Assembly: GCA_964016885.1 (NCBI GenBank)
Contig: OZ024744.1
Coordinates: 125,736,001 to 125,800,000, forward strand
Source: Eledone cirrhosa
Lineage: Eukaryota
Length of the DNA stretch: 64,000 bases
Direction of reading: 5' to 3'
A program made the position numbers and the translations under genes. Shown here in pieces: positions 35,001 to 48,500 of the stretch. A model generated the notes under the pieces. The model was given only the letters and a program-made list of their open reading frames with translations. It ran no database searches and had not been told where the DNA came from. Positions within the stretch are counted from its first letter, which is position 1. Each line of letters starts with the position of its first letter.

Positions 35001-35525
35001 AAAATATATTGTTATCATGACTGTCTTTATTATTTAAATTACCTCTGTCTATTTACAGATTTTACAGAGTGTACTGGGTGCTTTTATGATGGGAGCAGCA
35101 ACTCTATACGATTTTACAGAGTGTACTTGGTGCTTTTATCATGGCACATGGCAGCATCAGAAGCAGCAACTACGATTTTACAGAGTGTACTTGGTGCTTT
35201 TTACTCTGACATCAGCACTGAGGAAGTTGTCATATTTTCAGCTAAATTAATGAGTAGAAAAACCAAGTTTCTGCTACAAAAAATTCTCAGATTCAAGGGA
35301 GACATTCAGTTTAAGTATGGTATACTGTCACTAAGGCAGCAAATTGGCAGAGTCGCTAGAATATCAGATAGCATTCTTTACATTATTTGTTTCAGCTCTC
35401 TGTTCTCTCAATTCAAATCCTGCTCAGGTCAACTTTGCCTTTCATCCATACAAAATAGATTAATAAAAGTACCAGTGTATTACTGGGGTCAATTCTTCTT
35501 CTAACTCTTCTGCACTTCCATTCTC

Positions 35526-35566
<41 letters not shown>

Positions 35567-36036
35567 GCTTCTTTAGAACACATCTGCTGTATTCAGACCT
35601 GGAGCGGAGATGGGCTCCACCAAGTTTTAAAAATTGCCCTTTAAGCGCTGTATGTCAATATGGTGCCCCTATGATTCCCTCCCTCAGGAGTTATGGGACC
35701 ATAGATACTGTCAATTGTAAAGAATAACAGAGATATTCAGTGCTAGTGTGGTGTTCTGTCAGTTGTGGAGATTGATGAATCTAAACAGAAATATCAACAG
35801 CACTTTTCATTTCTGAGTAACACATTTGTTACCAAGTGCTGCATGGCTGGAATGAAAATCAGTGCTGTGAAAACCAAGACATTCATCCTCTCAAGGAAGC
35901 TTGTGCAGTGCACTCTACATGTAAATGGAGTCCCACTGAAGCAGGTAGAAAAGTTCATGTATCTCGAAGCTGTGTTCACGAGTGATGACAGAGACGGCAA
36001 AGGCACAACACACAACAGAAGAAAAGAACAATGACA

Positions 36037-36069
<33 letters not shown>

Positions 36070-36216
36070 TGTTTTATTAGTTTTATTATAATAAAAATTG
36101 TGCTGTTAGTTTGCTTGCTATACCATCATGTACCCTAAACCTAACCCCAACTCCAACTCTGACCCTAAACCTAACCCCAACCCCAACCCCAACCCTAACC
36201 CTAACCCTAACCCTAA

Positions 36217-37146
36217 CCCACGATAGAAGACGTTCGTTACCGCTGGAGCAACGCAAATTACTCCTCGGTTGACGCCAAAAACGAACGCCTTCTCGACGGC
36301 TAGCCGCATTTCGTGATCCGCCTTTCGATTGCGCTTCCGTCGCGGAAAAAGAATTGCCTTTATAGGCCGCCGCCGCCCGACCGGACCCACGATAGAAGAC
36401 GTTCGTTACCGCTGGAGCAACGCAAATTACTCCTCGGTTGACGCCAAAAACGAACGCCTTCTCGACGGCTAGCCGCATTTCGTGATCCGCCTTTCGATTG
36501 CGCTTCCGTCGCGGAAAAAGAATTGCCTTTATAGGCCGCCGCCGCCGCCCGACCGGACCCACGATAGAAGACGTTCGTTACCGCTGGAGCAACGCAAATT
36601 ACTCCTCGGTTGACGCCAAAAACGAACGCCTTCTCGACGGCTAGCCGCATTTCGTGATCCGCCTTTCGATTGCGCTTCCGTCGCGGAAAAAGAATTGCCT
36701 TTATAGGCCGCCGCCGCCGCCCGACCGGACCCACGATAGAAGACGTTCGTTACCGCTGGAGCAACGCAAATTACTCCTCGGTTGACGCCAAAAACGAACG
36801 CCTTCTCGACGGCTAGCCGCATTTCGTGATCCGCCTTTCGATTGCGCTTCCGTCGCGGAAAAAGAATTGCCTTTATAGGCCGCCGCCGCCCGACCGGACC
36901 CACGATAGAAGACGTTCGTTACCGCTGGAGCAACGCAAATTACTCCTCGGTTGACGCCAAAAACGAACGCCTTCTCGACGGCTAGCCGCATTTCGTGATC
37001 CGCCTTTCGATTGCGCTTCCGTCGCGGAAAAAGAATTGCCTTTATAGGCCGCCGCCGCCGCCCGACCGGACCCACGATAGAAGACGTTCGTTACCGCTGG
37101 AGCAACGCAAATTACTCCTCGGTTGACGCCAAAAACGAACGCCTTC
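36217..37146. repeat. 169/172-bp tandem array, 5 full copies plus a partial
   Basis: Starts at 36217, 36386, 36558, 36730, 36899, 37071. Confidence 0.95.
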
Positions 37147-37503
37147 CGGTTCGGGCGACGTAAAAGTCTGTAGCCTTTTCGCCGATCCTCGACGATTATC
37201 CGCCTTCCGAACAACCGCCTTTCCGCCGTCACAGCAGTAGGTACTCGTCCGTCGTAATAGCCGTCATTTTAATGCAGGAGAAACGCCTAAATGCACTGCG
37301 ATTGACGACGATCTACGACGCGCTTACTCTTCCTTGCTGCGACGAAGGTTTCGTTCGGCTTTTCGTCGTGGACCCGGTCAGGTCATGCCGCTGATCTCGC
37401 GTTGCGTCGTTACCGCTGGAGCAACGCAAATTACTCCTCGTTTAACGCCAACATCGAACGCGCTTCGGTTCTCGGTCGTCGTTGTTTTGTTTCGTGCGGA
37501 AGA

Positions 37504-37687
37504 TACCTGGGTGATCCTGCCAGTAGTCATATGCTTGTCTCAAAGCTTAAGCCATGCAAGTGGAAGTTCATGCCGTAAACGAAAATGGTGAAACCGCGAA
37601 TGGCTCAGGAACCGGATCTAATCCTCGGGACCGTATTCCTCACCGCGAGGAGAGGATAACTGTGGCAATTCTAGAGCTAATACATGC
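37504..37687 (+). pseudogene. 18S rRNA 5' end, diverged and truncated (unit 2)
   Basis: Same sequence as 1434-1617. Confidence 0.93.
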
Positions 37688-37694
37688 AATTGAG

Positions 37695-40478
37695 ATCGGA
37701 GAGGGAGCGATCCGTCTGCTTGATTCCGATAACGAACGAGACATTCGTATCCGAAAGAACGTTTGTCTGGAAACTGGTGCAGTCAGTGAGTCGAAAAAAA
37801 AATATCTCGGTGGTAGTAGCAAATATTCGAACGAGACATTCGTATGCGAAAGAACGTTTGTCGGTGGTAGTAGCAAATATTCGAACGAGACATTCGTATG
37901 CGAAAGAACGTTTGTCTGGAAGTGGCGATCCATGCCCGGTGGATAGTTGGTTCCGGGTTTTACTATGATTGTTGCAAAACAGAAACTTAAAGGGATTGAC
38001 AGAATTTGCGATTCCGGAGAGAGGGCGATCCGTCTGCTTGATTCCGATAACGAACGAGACATTCGTATCCGAAAGAACGTTTGTCTGGAAACTGGTGAGT
38101 CAGTGAGTCGAAAAAAAAATATCTCGGTGGTAGTAGCAAATATTCGTATGCGAAAGAAAAGATCTCGGTGGTAGTAGCAAATATTCGAACGAGACATTCG
38201 TAGGCGAAAGAAAAATATCTCGGTGGTAGTAGCAAATATTCGAACGAGACATTCGTATGCGAAAGAACGTTTGTCGGTGGTAGTAGCAAATATTCGAACG
38301 AGACATTCGTATGCGAAAGAACGTTTGTCGGTGGTAGTAGCAAATATTCGAACGAGACATTCGTATGCGAAAGAACGTTTGTCTGGAAGTGGCGATCCAT
38401 GCCCGGTGGATAGTTGGTTCCGGGTTTTACTATGATTGTTGCAAAACAAAAACTTAAAGGGATTGACAGAATTTGCGATTCCGGAGAGAGGGCGATCCGT
38501 CTGCTTGATTCCGATAACGAACGAGACATTCGTATCCGAAAGAACGTTTGTCTGGAAACTGGTGAGTCAGTGAGTCGAAAAAAAAATATCTCGGTGGTAG
38601 TAGCAAATATTCGAACGAGACATTCGTATGCGAAAGAACGTTTGTCGGTGGTAGTAGCAAATATTCGAACGAGACATTCGTATGCGAAAGAACGTTTGTC
38701 TGGAAGTGGCGATCCATGCCCGGTGGATAGTTGGTTCCGGGTTTTACTATGATTGTTGCAAAACAGAAACTTAAAGGGATTGACAGAATTTGCCATTCCG
38801 GAGAGGGGGCGATCCGTCTGCTTGATTCCGATAACGAACGAGACATTCGTATCCGAAAGAACGTTTGTCTGGAAACTGGTGAGTCAGTGAGTCGAAAAAA
38901 AAAATATCTCGGTGGTAGTAGCAAATATTCGAACGAGACATTCGTATGCGAAAGAACGTTTGTCGGTGGTAGTAGCAAATATTCGAACGAGACATTCGTA
39001 TGCGAAAGAACGTTTGTCTGGAAGTGGCGATCCATGCCCGGTGGATAGTTGGTTCCGGGTTTTACTATGATTGTTGCAAAACAGAAACTTAAAGGGATTG
39101 ACAGAATTTGCGATTCCGGAGAGGGGGCGATCCGTCTGCTTGAATCCGATAACGAACGAGACATTCGTATCCGAAAGAACGTTTGTCTGGAAACTGGTGA
39201 GTCAGTGAGTCGAAAAAAAAATATCTCGGTGGTAGTAGCAAATATTCGAACGAGACATTCGTATGCGAAAGAACGTTTGTCTGGAAGTGGCGATCCATGC
39301 CCGGTGGATAGTTGGTTCCGGGTTTTACTATGATTGTTGCAAAACAGAAACTTAAAGGGATTGACAGAATTTGCGATTCCGGAGAGGGGGCGATCCGTCT
39401 GCTTGATTCCGATAACGAACGAGACATTCGTATCCGAAAGAACGTTTGTCTGGAAACTGGTGAGTCAGTGAGTCGAAAAAAAAAATATCTCGGTGGTAGT
39501 AGCAAATATTCGAACGAGACATTCGTATGCGAAAGAACGTTTGTCGGTGGTAGTAGCAAATATTCGAACGAGACATTCGTATGCGAAAGAACGTTTGTCG
39601 GTGGTAGTAGCAAATATTCGAACGAGACATTCGTATGCGAAAGAACGTTTGTCTGGAAGTGGCGATCCATGCCCGGTGGATAGTTGGTTCCGGGTTTTAC
39701 TATGATTGTTGCAAAACAGAAACTTAAAGGGATTGACAGAATTTGCGATTCCGGAGAGGGGGCGATCCGTCTGCTTGATTTCGATAACGAACGAGACATT
39801 CGTATCCGAAAGAACGTTTGTCTGGAAACTGGTGAGTCAGTGAGTCGAAAAAAAAAATATCTCGGTGGTAGTAGCAAATATTCGAACGAGACATTCGTAT
39901 GCGAAAGAACGTTTGTCGGTGGTAGTAGCAAATATTCGAACGAGACATTCGTATGCGAAAGAACGTTTGTCGGTGGTAGTAGCAAATATTCGAACGAGAC
40001 ATTCGTATGCGAAAGAACGTTTGTCTGGAAGTGGCGATCCATGCTCGGTGGATAGTTGGTTCCGGGTTTTACTATGATTGTTGCAAAACAGAAACTTAAA
40101 GGGATTGACAGAATTTGCGATTCCGGAGAGGGGGCGATCCGTCTGCTTGATTCCGATAACGAACGAGACATTCGTATCCGAAAGAACGTTTGTCTGGAAA
40201 CTGGTGAGTCAGTGAGTCGAAAAAAAAATATCTCGGTGGTAGTAGCAAATATTCGTATGCGAAAGAAAAGATCTCGGTGGTAGTAGCAAATATTCGAACG
40301 AGACATTCGTATGCGAAAGAAAAATATCTCGGTGGTAGTAGCAAATATTCGAACGAGACATTCGTATTCGAAAGAACGTTTGTCTGGAAGTTGCGATCCA
40401 TGCCCGGTGGATAGTTGGTTCCGGGCTTTACTATGATTGTTGCAAAACAGAAACTTAAAGGAATTGACAGAATTTTCG
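37695..40478 (+). repeat. rRNA-derived satellite (unit 2)
   Basis: TTGGTTCCGGG at 37947, 38414, 38731, 39049, 39312, 39684, 40056, 40415. Confidence 0.92.
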
Positions 40479-40497
40479 AATCGACATCAACTCGGCT

Positions 40498-40847
40498 ACG
40501 GCTATCCCGTCGAGTACGAGAGTATCGCGGGATCAGAGCAACGGTTTGCTAGGCTGCCTCTGAGCGATAACGGCTGAACGCCTCCTCTAAGCCGGAACCC
40601 TAGCCGGACCCGAGTTGTTTTTCGACAAGCGTCTCGACCTTCTTAAGGCCCATGCCTTAGTTTGGCGATTGCCGTCCGTTCGCCGACGGCGGCAGCGTCA
40701 GCGGAAATGCCATTCTGTGACGACTACGACGATTCGTCGTCGTCGTCGTCCATTCGATTTCCTGAAAGAGATAGAGACTAAAGTGATCAAATTGTTCGGA
40801 GTTACGTGCTTAGTAGAGCAGCTACCACACTGCAATCTATTGAGAGT
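40498..40847 (+). pseudogene. 28S rRNA 3' end, diverged (unit 2)
   Basis: Same motifs as 4755-5104 at offset 35743. Confidence 0.85.
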
Positions 40848-42515
40848 TTTCTGACGAACGATACAATCCGCCCACGTGGCGCCAGAAAGGGAGAAGAAAA
40901 GAAAAGTTAGACGCCGCCGATCGATCGGTTCGTTGTTTTACGTGTACACAGCTTGTGTGTGTGTCTGTATGTGATACAAGCCGCCTATCCGTCTTCCAAG
41001 TAAGTTTTGTGTGTAGACTGCGGAAAGAAATCCAATCCGCCGTCTAGGCGGTTCTGCCGCCGACCCATACTTTTGCGAGTCGCTCCCGGGAAAGACAGGC
41101 GGCAAGACGGCGTGTATACACGACGCCTTCCGTCTTCCGCCTCGAACCCGGGCAAACGTTCCTTTATTCGTCCACGCCTTCCCGCTTCGATCGCGAGAAA
41201 GTAATCAATCTGTTTTGTGTGTGTGTCTGTGTGTGATACAAATTTGTTTTCTTAATTTGATAACCATGAATTGTTTCAACACCGGCCCTTTTAAGGGCCA
41301 CTTATATTTTCAATAATCAGTTTAAATGGGTTGCACCGTAGCCACTTGGTAATACACTGCAAATCTCCCGTCAATCTATGAAGGTTTTGTAGTAGATTAG
41401 ATCAAAACACAATCAGCAAGACAGTAATGGAATGAATAATATAAACATTTGTTTATAATTAAAGCCTTAAGATGTCCCTCCCTCCCTCCCTTCCTCCCTT
41501 CCTTCCTTCCTTCCTTCCTTCCTTCCTTACGATATACACTTTAATAACATTGAAACTTATTTAATAAGTTTAAATTTTAAACACTTTTTATTCAGACGTA
41601 CCGCGATAAGTAACTAGATATGTTCTAACGAATAATCCGCGATGTGGCGAGGATTACCGCGATAGGAAATTAGATACGTTCCAAAGAAATATCCGCGAAA
41701 AGTGAACCGCGATATAGCGGGTTCACCAGCCAGTGTATTACTGGTACTTTATTTTATCGACCCCCATAAGGATGAAAGGCAAAGTTAACTGTGCAATAAC
41801 AAAGGGAGATAACCTCGTCTTTTTTTTTTTACGGAGTTATTTCCCTTTAAATTTTATCTATTACTTATGATGATACAATTTAATCAGTTCTTAGCTGTCG
41901 AGACACTGCATCCTTTAAAACCTCCATGGAACAAGCTACCTGCAACAGTTGTTAGCTGTCGAGACACTGCATCTTTTAAAACCTCCATGGAACAAACTAC
42001 CTGCATCAGTTGTTAGGGTCTGAGTTCAAATCACGCCGAGGAGGTTAACTTTGCCTTTCATCCTTACGGGGTCGGTCGGAAAACGAACCATTCCCGGTTC
42101 GCTTTCGAAGCGGGTTTCCGAAAACAGCGCTTCTCTCGACCGGGCCCGTCGTCCGCTCGGCGGTGGTTTTCATCGTCCCAGGCACGGCTAACAGGCGGAG
42201 ACGGGACAAACGCGCGTGTTCCTTTTTTTATCAGCCGCAGCGCCGTTCGTATATATGCTTAGGTTGTTTTTTTTTTAAATATCCTAAGTTAAGTTGGGGC
42301 TAAGTTAAGTTGGGGCTAAGTTAAGTTGAGGCTAAGTTGAGTTGGGGTTAAGTTAAGTGGGGGTTAAGTTAAGCTGGGGTTAAGTTAAGTTGAGGTTAAG
42401 TTAAGTTGGGGTTAAGTCAAGTTGGGGTTAAGTTAAGTTGGGGTTAAGTTAGGTTGGGGTTAAGTTAGGTTGGGGTTAAGTTAAGTTGGGGTTAAGTTAG
42501 GTTGCGGTTAAGTTA

Positions 42516-45500
42516 CATTCGCCGCCGGACTTCAGCTTCCTCATTTAGCATGGGCAGTTTTTCTTGAAAATCACACCACACACAGCAAATGTGTGTCCGC
42601 ACATGTACCAGTAATTACAGATCGATTCCGGTGAAAATTCACTGAAAACGGGCCATCCGGCCCTGTGCGTCGATCGTGGGCCGGCCGGATGTTGACGGAT
42701 CGATGTGTAATTGGAAGTACATGTGCGGACACTCATTGGCTGTGCGTGGTATGCATTTCAGCAAGATATCTCCGTAACATCAAGAGTTATGGCTGTGGAG
42801 GCACACCTAGTCAAACGTAAACAAGGTCTGGAGCGTTTACGCTTCGCGATTTTGTTTACGTTTGACTAGGTGTGCCTCCACAGCCACAACTCTTGATGTT
42901 ACGGAGATATCTTGCTGAAATGCATACCGCGCACAGCCAATGAGTGTCCGCACATGTACTTCTAATTACACATCGATCCGTCAACATCCGGCCGGCCCAC
43001 GATCGACGCACAGGGCCGGATGGCCCGTTTTCAGTGAATTTTCACCGGAATCGATCTGTAATTACTGGTACATGTGCGGAGACACATTTGCTGTGTGTGG
43101 TGTGATTTTCAAGAAAAACTGCCCATGCTAAATGAGGAAGCTGAAGTCCGCCGGCGAATGGTGTGCTTCGAAGAAAACTAATTCGAAAATGACCGTTTGC
43201 AGGCGGAGTAACCTTTTCGATCGTGGGCCAGCCGCCCGTGGTGGGATCCATCTGTAATTACTGGTACATGTGCGGACATACATTTGCTGTGTGTGGTGTG
43301 ATTTTCAAGAAGAACTGCCCATGCTAAATGAGGAAGCTGAAGTCCGCCGGCGAATGGTGTGCTTCGAAGAAAACTAATTCGAAAATGACCGTTTGCAGGC
43401 GGGGTAACCTTTTCGATCGTGGGCCAGCCGCCCGTGGTGGGATCCATCTGTAATTACTGGTACATGTGCGGACACACATTTGCTGTGTGTGGTGTGATTT
43501 TCGAGAAAGACTGCCCATGCTAAATGAGGAAGCTGAAGTCCGCCGGCGAATGGTGTGCTTCGAAGAAAACTAATTCGAAAATGACTATTTGCCGGCGGAA
43601 TCACCTTTTCGGTCCTGGTCCGGCCGGATCTTGCCGGATCGATCGGAAATTTGTGGACCATGTTCGGAAGGCCATTGTGCATGTGTGGTGAAAAAAATTT
43701 GTGTCGAAATCTTCTCGGAAAATAACGGATCGCCGGCGGAGATTGCCATTTCGATCGTGGGCCGGCCGGATCTTGTCGGATCGATTCGGACATATGTGCA
43801 TCGTGTTCGCAAGGCCCTTGTCTATGTGTGGTGTGATTTTCATAAAGAAATTCCGAAAAACCCAGTTTTAAATCTGATTTCGCCAAAGAATTTTGGCTAT
43901 CAGATCGGGTTGAAAGGTATGGTTTCAGGTCGATCTGAAAGTCTAAAATGGAATTCATTCGGTTAGCTAACTATTGATATATCGGAGATATCTTTCTGAA
44001 AATCACACCACACACTCCCAATGAGTGTCTGCACATGTACCAGTAATTACAGATGGATCCCACCACGGGCGGCCGGCCCACGATCGAAAAGGTTACTCCG
44101 AAGCACACCATTCGCCGGCGGAATTCATTTAGCATGGGCAGTTTTTCTCGAAAATCACACCACACACAGCCAATGAGTGTCCGCACATGTACCAGTAATT
44201 ACAGATGGATCCCACCACGGGCGGCTGGCCCACGATCGAAAAGGTTACTCCGCCTGCAAACGGTCATTTTCGAATTCGTTTTCTTCGAAGCACACGATTC
44301 GCCGGCGGACTTCAGCTGCCTCATTTAGCATGGGCAGTTTTTCTCGAAAATCACACCACACACAGCAAATGTGTGTCCGCACATGTACCAGTAATTACAG
44401 ATCGATTCCGGTGAAAATTCACTGAAAACGGGCCATTCGGCCCTGTGCGTCGATCGTGGGCCGGCCGGATGTTGACGGATCGATGTGTAATTAGAAGTAC
44501 ATGTGCGGACACTCATTGGCTGTGCGTGGTATGCATTTCAGCAAGATATCTCCGTAACATCAAGAGTTATGGCTGTGGAGGCACACCTAGTCAAACGTAA
44601 ACAAGCTCTGGAGCGTATACGCTTCGCGATTTTGTTTACGTTTGACTAGGTGTGCCTCCACAGCCATAACTCTTGATGTTACGGAGATATCTTGCTGAAA
44701 TGCATACCACGCACAGCCAATGAGTGTCCGCACATGTACTTCTAATTACACATCGATCCGTCAACATCCGGCCGGCCCACGATCGACGCACAGGGCCGGA
44801 TGGCCCGTTTGCAGTGAATTTTCACCGGAATCGATCTGTAATTACTGGTACATGTGCGGACACACATTTGCTGTGTGTGGTGTGATTTTCACGAAAAACT
44901 GCCCATGCTAAATGAGGAAGCTGAAGTCCGCCGGCGAATGGTGTGCTTCGAAGAAAACTAATTCGAAAATGACCGTTTGCAGGCGGAGTAACCTTTTCGA
45001 TCGTGGGCCAGCCGCCCGTGGTGGGATACATCTGTAATTACTGGTACATGTGCGGACACACATTTGCTGTGTGTGGTGTGATTTTCGAGAAAGACTGCCC
45101 ATGCTAAATGAGGAAGCTGAAGTCCGCCGGCGAATGGTGTGCTTCGAAGAAAACTAATTCGAAAATGACTATTTGCCGGCGGAATCACCTTTTCGGTCCT
45201 GGTCCGGCCGGATCTTGCCGGATCGATCGGAAATTTGTGGACCATGTTCGGAAGGCCATTGTGCATGTGTGGTGAAAAAAATTTGTGTCGAAATCTTCTC
45301 GGAAAATAACGGATCGCCGGCGGAGATTGCCATTTCGATCGTGGGCCGGCCGGATCTTGTCGGATCGATTCGGACATATGTGCATCGTGTTCGCAAGGCC
45401 CTTGTCTATGTGTGGTGTGATTTTCATAAAGAAATTCCGAAAAACCCAGTTTTAAATCTGATTTCGCCAAAGAATTTTGGCTATCAGATCGGGTTGAAAG

Positions 45501-48500
45501 GTATGGTTTCAGGTCGATCTGAAAGTCTAAAATGGAATTCACTCGGTTAGCTAACCTTTGATATATCGGAGATATCTTTCTGAAAATCACACCACACACT
45601 CCCAATGAGTGTCTGCACATGTACCAGTAATTACAGATGGATCCCACCACGGGCGGCCGGCCCACGATCGAAAAGGTTACTCCGAAGCACACCATTCGCC
45701 GGCGGAATTCATTTAGCATGGGCAGTTTTTCTCGAAAATCACACCACACACAGCCAATGAGTGTCCGCACATGTACCAGTAATTACAGATGGATCCCACC
45801 ACGGGCGGCTGGCCCACGATCGAAAAGGTTACTCCGCCTGCAAACGGTCATTTTCGAATTCGTTTTCTTCGAAGCACACGATTCGCCGGCGGACTTCAGC
45901 TGCCTCATTTAGCATGGGCAGTTTTTCTCGAAAATAACACCACACACAGCAAATGTGTGTCCGCACATGTACCAGTAATTACAGATCGATTCCGATGAAA
46001 ATTCACTGAAAACGGGCCATTCGGCCCTGTGCGTCGATCGTGGGCCGGCCGGATGTTGACGGATCGATGTGTAATTAGAAGTACATGTGCGGACACTCAT
46101 TGGCTGTGCGTGGTATGCATTTCAGCAAGATATCTCCGTAACATCAAGAGTTATGGCTGTGGAGGCACACCTAGTCAAACGTAAACAAGCTCTGGAGCGT
46201 ATACGCTTCGCGATTTTGTTTACGTTTGACTAGGTGTGCCTCCACAGCCACAACTCTTGATGTTACGGAGATATCTTGCTGAAATGCATACCACGCACAG
46301 CCAATGAGTGTCCGCACATGTACTTCTAATTACACATCGATCCGTCAACATCCGGCCGGCCCACGATCGACGCACAGGGCCGGATGGCCCGTTTTCAGTG
46401 AATTTTCACCGGAATCGATCTGTAATTACTGGTACATGTGCGGACACACATTTGCTGTGTGTGGTGTGATTTTCACGAAAAACTGCCCATGCTAAATGAG
46501 GAAGCTGAAGTCCGCCGGCGAATGGTGTGCTTCGAAGAAAACTAATTCGAAAATGACCGTTTGCAGGCGGAGTAACCTTTTCGATCGTGGGCCAGCCGCC
46601 CGTGGTGGGATACATCTGTAATTACTGGTACATGTGCGGACACACATTTGCTGTGTGTGGTGTGATTTTCGAGAAAGACTGCCCATGCTAAATGAGGAAG
46701 CTGAAGTCCGCCGGCGAATGGTGTGCTTCGAAGAAAACTAATTCGAAAATGACTATTTGCCGGCGGAATCACCTTTTCGGTCCTGGTCCGGCCGGATCTT
46801 GCCGGATCGATCGGAAATTTGTGGACCATGTTCGGAAGGCCATTGTGCATGTGTGGTGAAAAAAATTTGTGTCGAAATCTTCTCGGAAAATAACGGATCG
46901 CCGGCGGAGATTGCCATTTCGATCGTGGGCCGGCCGGATCTTGTCGGATCGATTCGGACATATGTGCATCGTGTTCGCAAGGCCCTTGTCTATGTGTGGT
47001 GTGATTTTCATAAAGAAATTCCGAAAAACCCAGTTTTAAATCTGATTTCGCCAAAGAATTTTGGCTATCAGATCGGGTTGAAAGGTATGGTTTCAGGTCG
47101 ATCTGAAAGTCTAAAATGGAATTCACTCGGTTAGCTAACTATTGATATATCGGAGATATCTTTCTGAAAATCACACCACACACTCCCAATGAGTGTCTGC
47201 ACATGTACCAGTAATTACAGATGGATCCCACCACGGGCGGCCGGCCCACGATCGAAAAGGTTACTCCGAAGCACACCATTCGCCGGCGGAATTCATTTAG
47301 CATGGGCAGTTTTTCTCGAAAATCACACCACACACAGCCAATGAGTGTCCGCACATGTACCAGTAATTACAGATGGATCCCACCACGGGCGGCTGGCCCA
47401 CGATCGAAAAGGTTACTCCGCCTGCAAACGGTCATTTTCGAATTAGTTTTCTTCGAAGCACACCATTCGCCGGCGGACTTCAGCTTCCTCATTTAGCATG
47501 GGCAGTTTTTCTTGAAAATCACACCACACACAGCAAATGTGTGTCCGCACATGTACCAGTAATTACAGATCGATTCCGGTGAAAATTCACTGAAAACGGG
47601 CCATTCGGCCCTGTGCGTCGATCGTGGGCCGGCCGGATGTTGACGGATCGATGTGTAATTAGAAGTACATGTGCGGACACTCATTGGCTGTGCGTGGTAT
47701 GCATTTCAGCAAGATATCTCCGTAACATCAAGAGTTATGGCTGTGGAGGCACACCTAGTCAAACGTAAACAAGCTCTGGAGCGTATACGCTTCGCGATTT
47801 TGTTTACGTTTGACTAGGTGTGCCTCCACAGCCACAACTCTTGATGTTACGGAGATATCTTGCTGAAATGCATACCACGCACAGCCAATGAGTGTCCGCA
47901 CATGTACTTCTAATTACACATCGATCCGTCAACATCCGGCCGGCCCACGATCGACGCACAGGGCCGGATGGCCCGTTTGCAGTGAATTTTCACCGGAATC
48001 GATCTGTAATTACTGGTACATGTGCGGACACACATTTGCTGTGTGTGGTGTGATTTTCACGAAAAACTGCCCATGCTAAATGAGGAAGCTGAAGTCCGCC
48101 GGCGAATGGTGTGCTTCGAAGAAAACTAATTCGAAAATGACCGTTTGCAGGCGGAGTAACCTTTTCGATCGTGGGCCAGCCGCCCGTGGTGGGATACATC
48201 TGTAATTACTGGTACATGTGCGGACACACATTTGCTGTGTGTGGTGTGATTTTCGAGAAAGACTGCCCATGCTAAATGAGGAAGCTGAAGTCCGCCGGCG
48301 AATGGTGTGCTTCGAAGAAAACTAATTCGAAAATGACTATTTGCCGGCGGAATCACCTTTTCGGTCCTGGTCCGGCCGGATCTTGCCGGATCGATCGGAA
48401 ATTTGTGGACCATGTTCGGAAGGCCATTGTGCATGTGTGGTGAAAAAAATTTGTGTCGAAATCTTCTCGGAAAATAACGGATCGCCGGCGGAGATTGCCA

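Larger units (their letters stand above)
1..35894. repeat. Macro-repeat unit 1 (~35.9 kb; phase set by window start)
   Basis: GGAAGCTTGTGCAGTGCACTC at 1 recurs at 35895; the same modules and ORF translations recur in the same order. Confidence 0.97.
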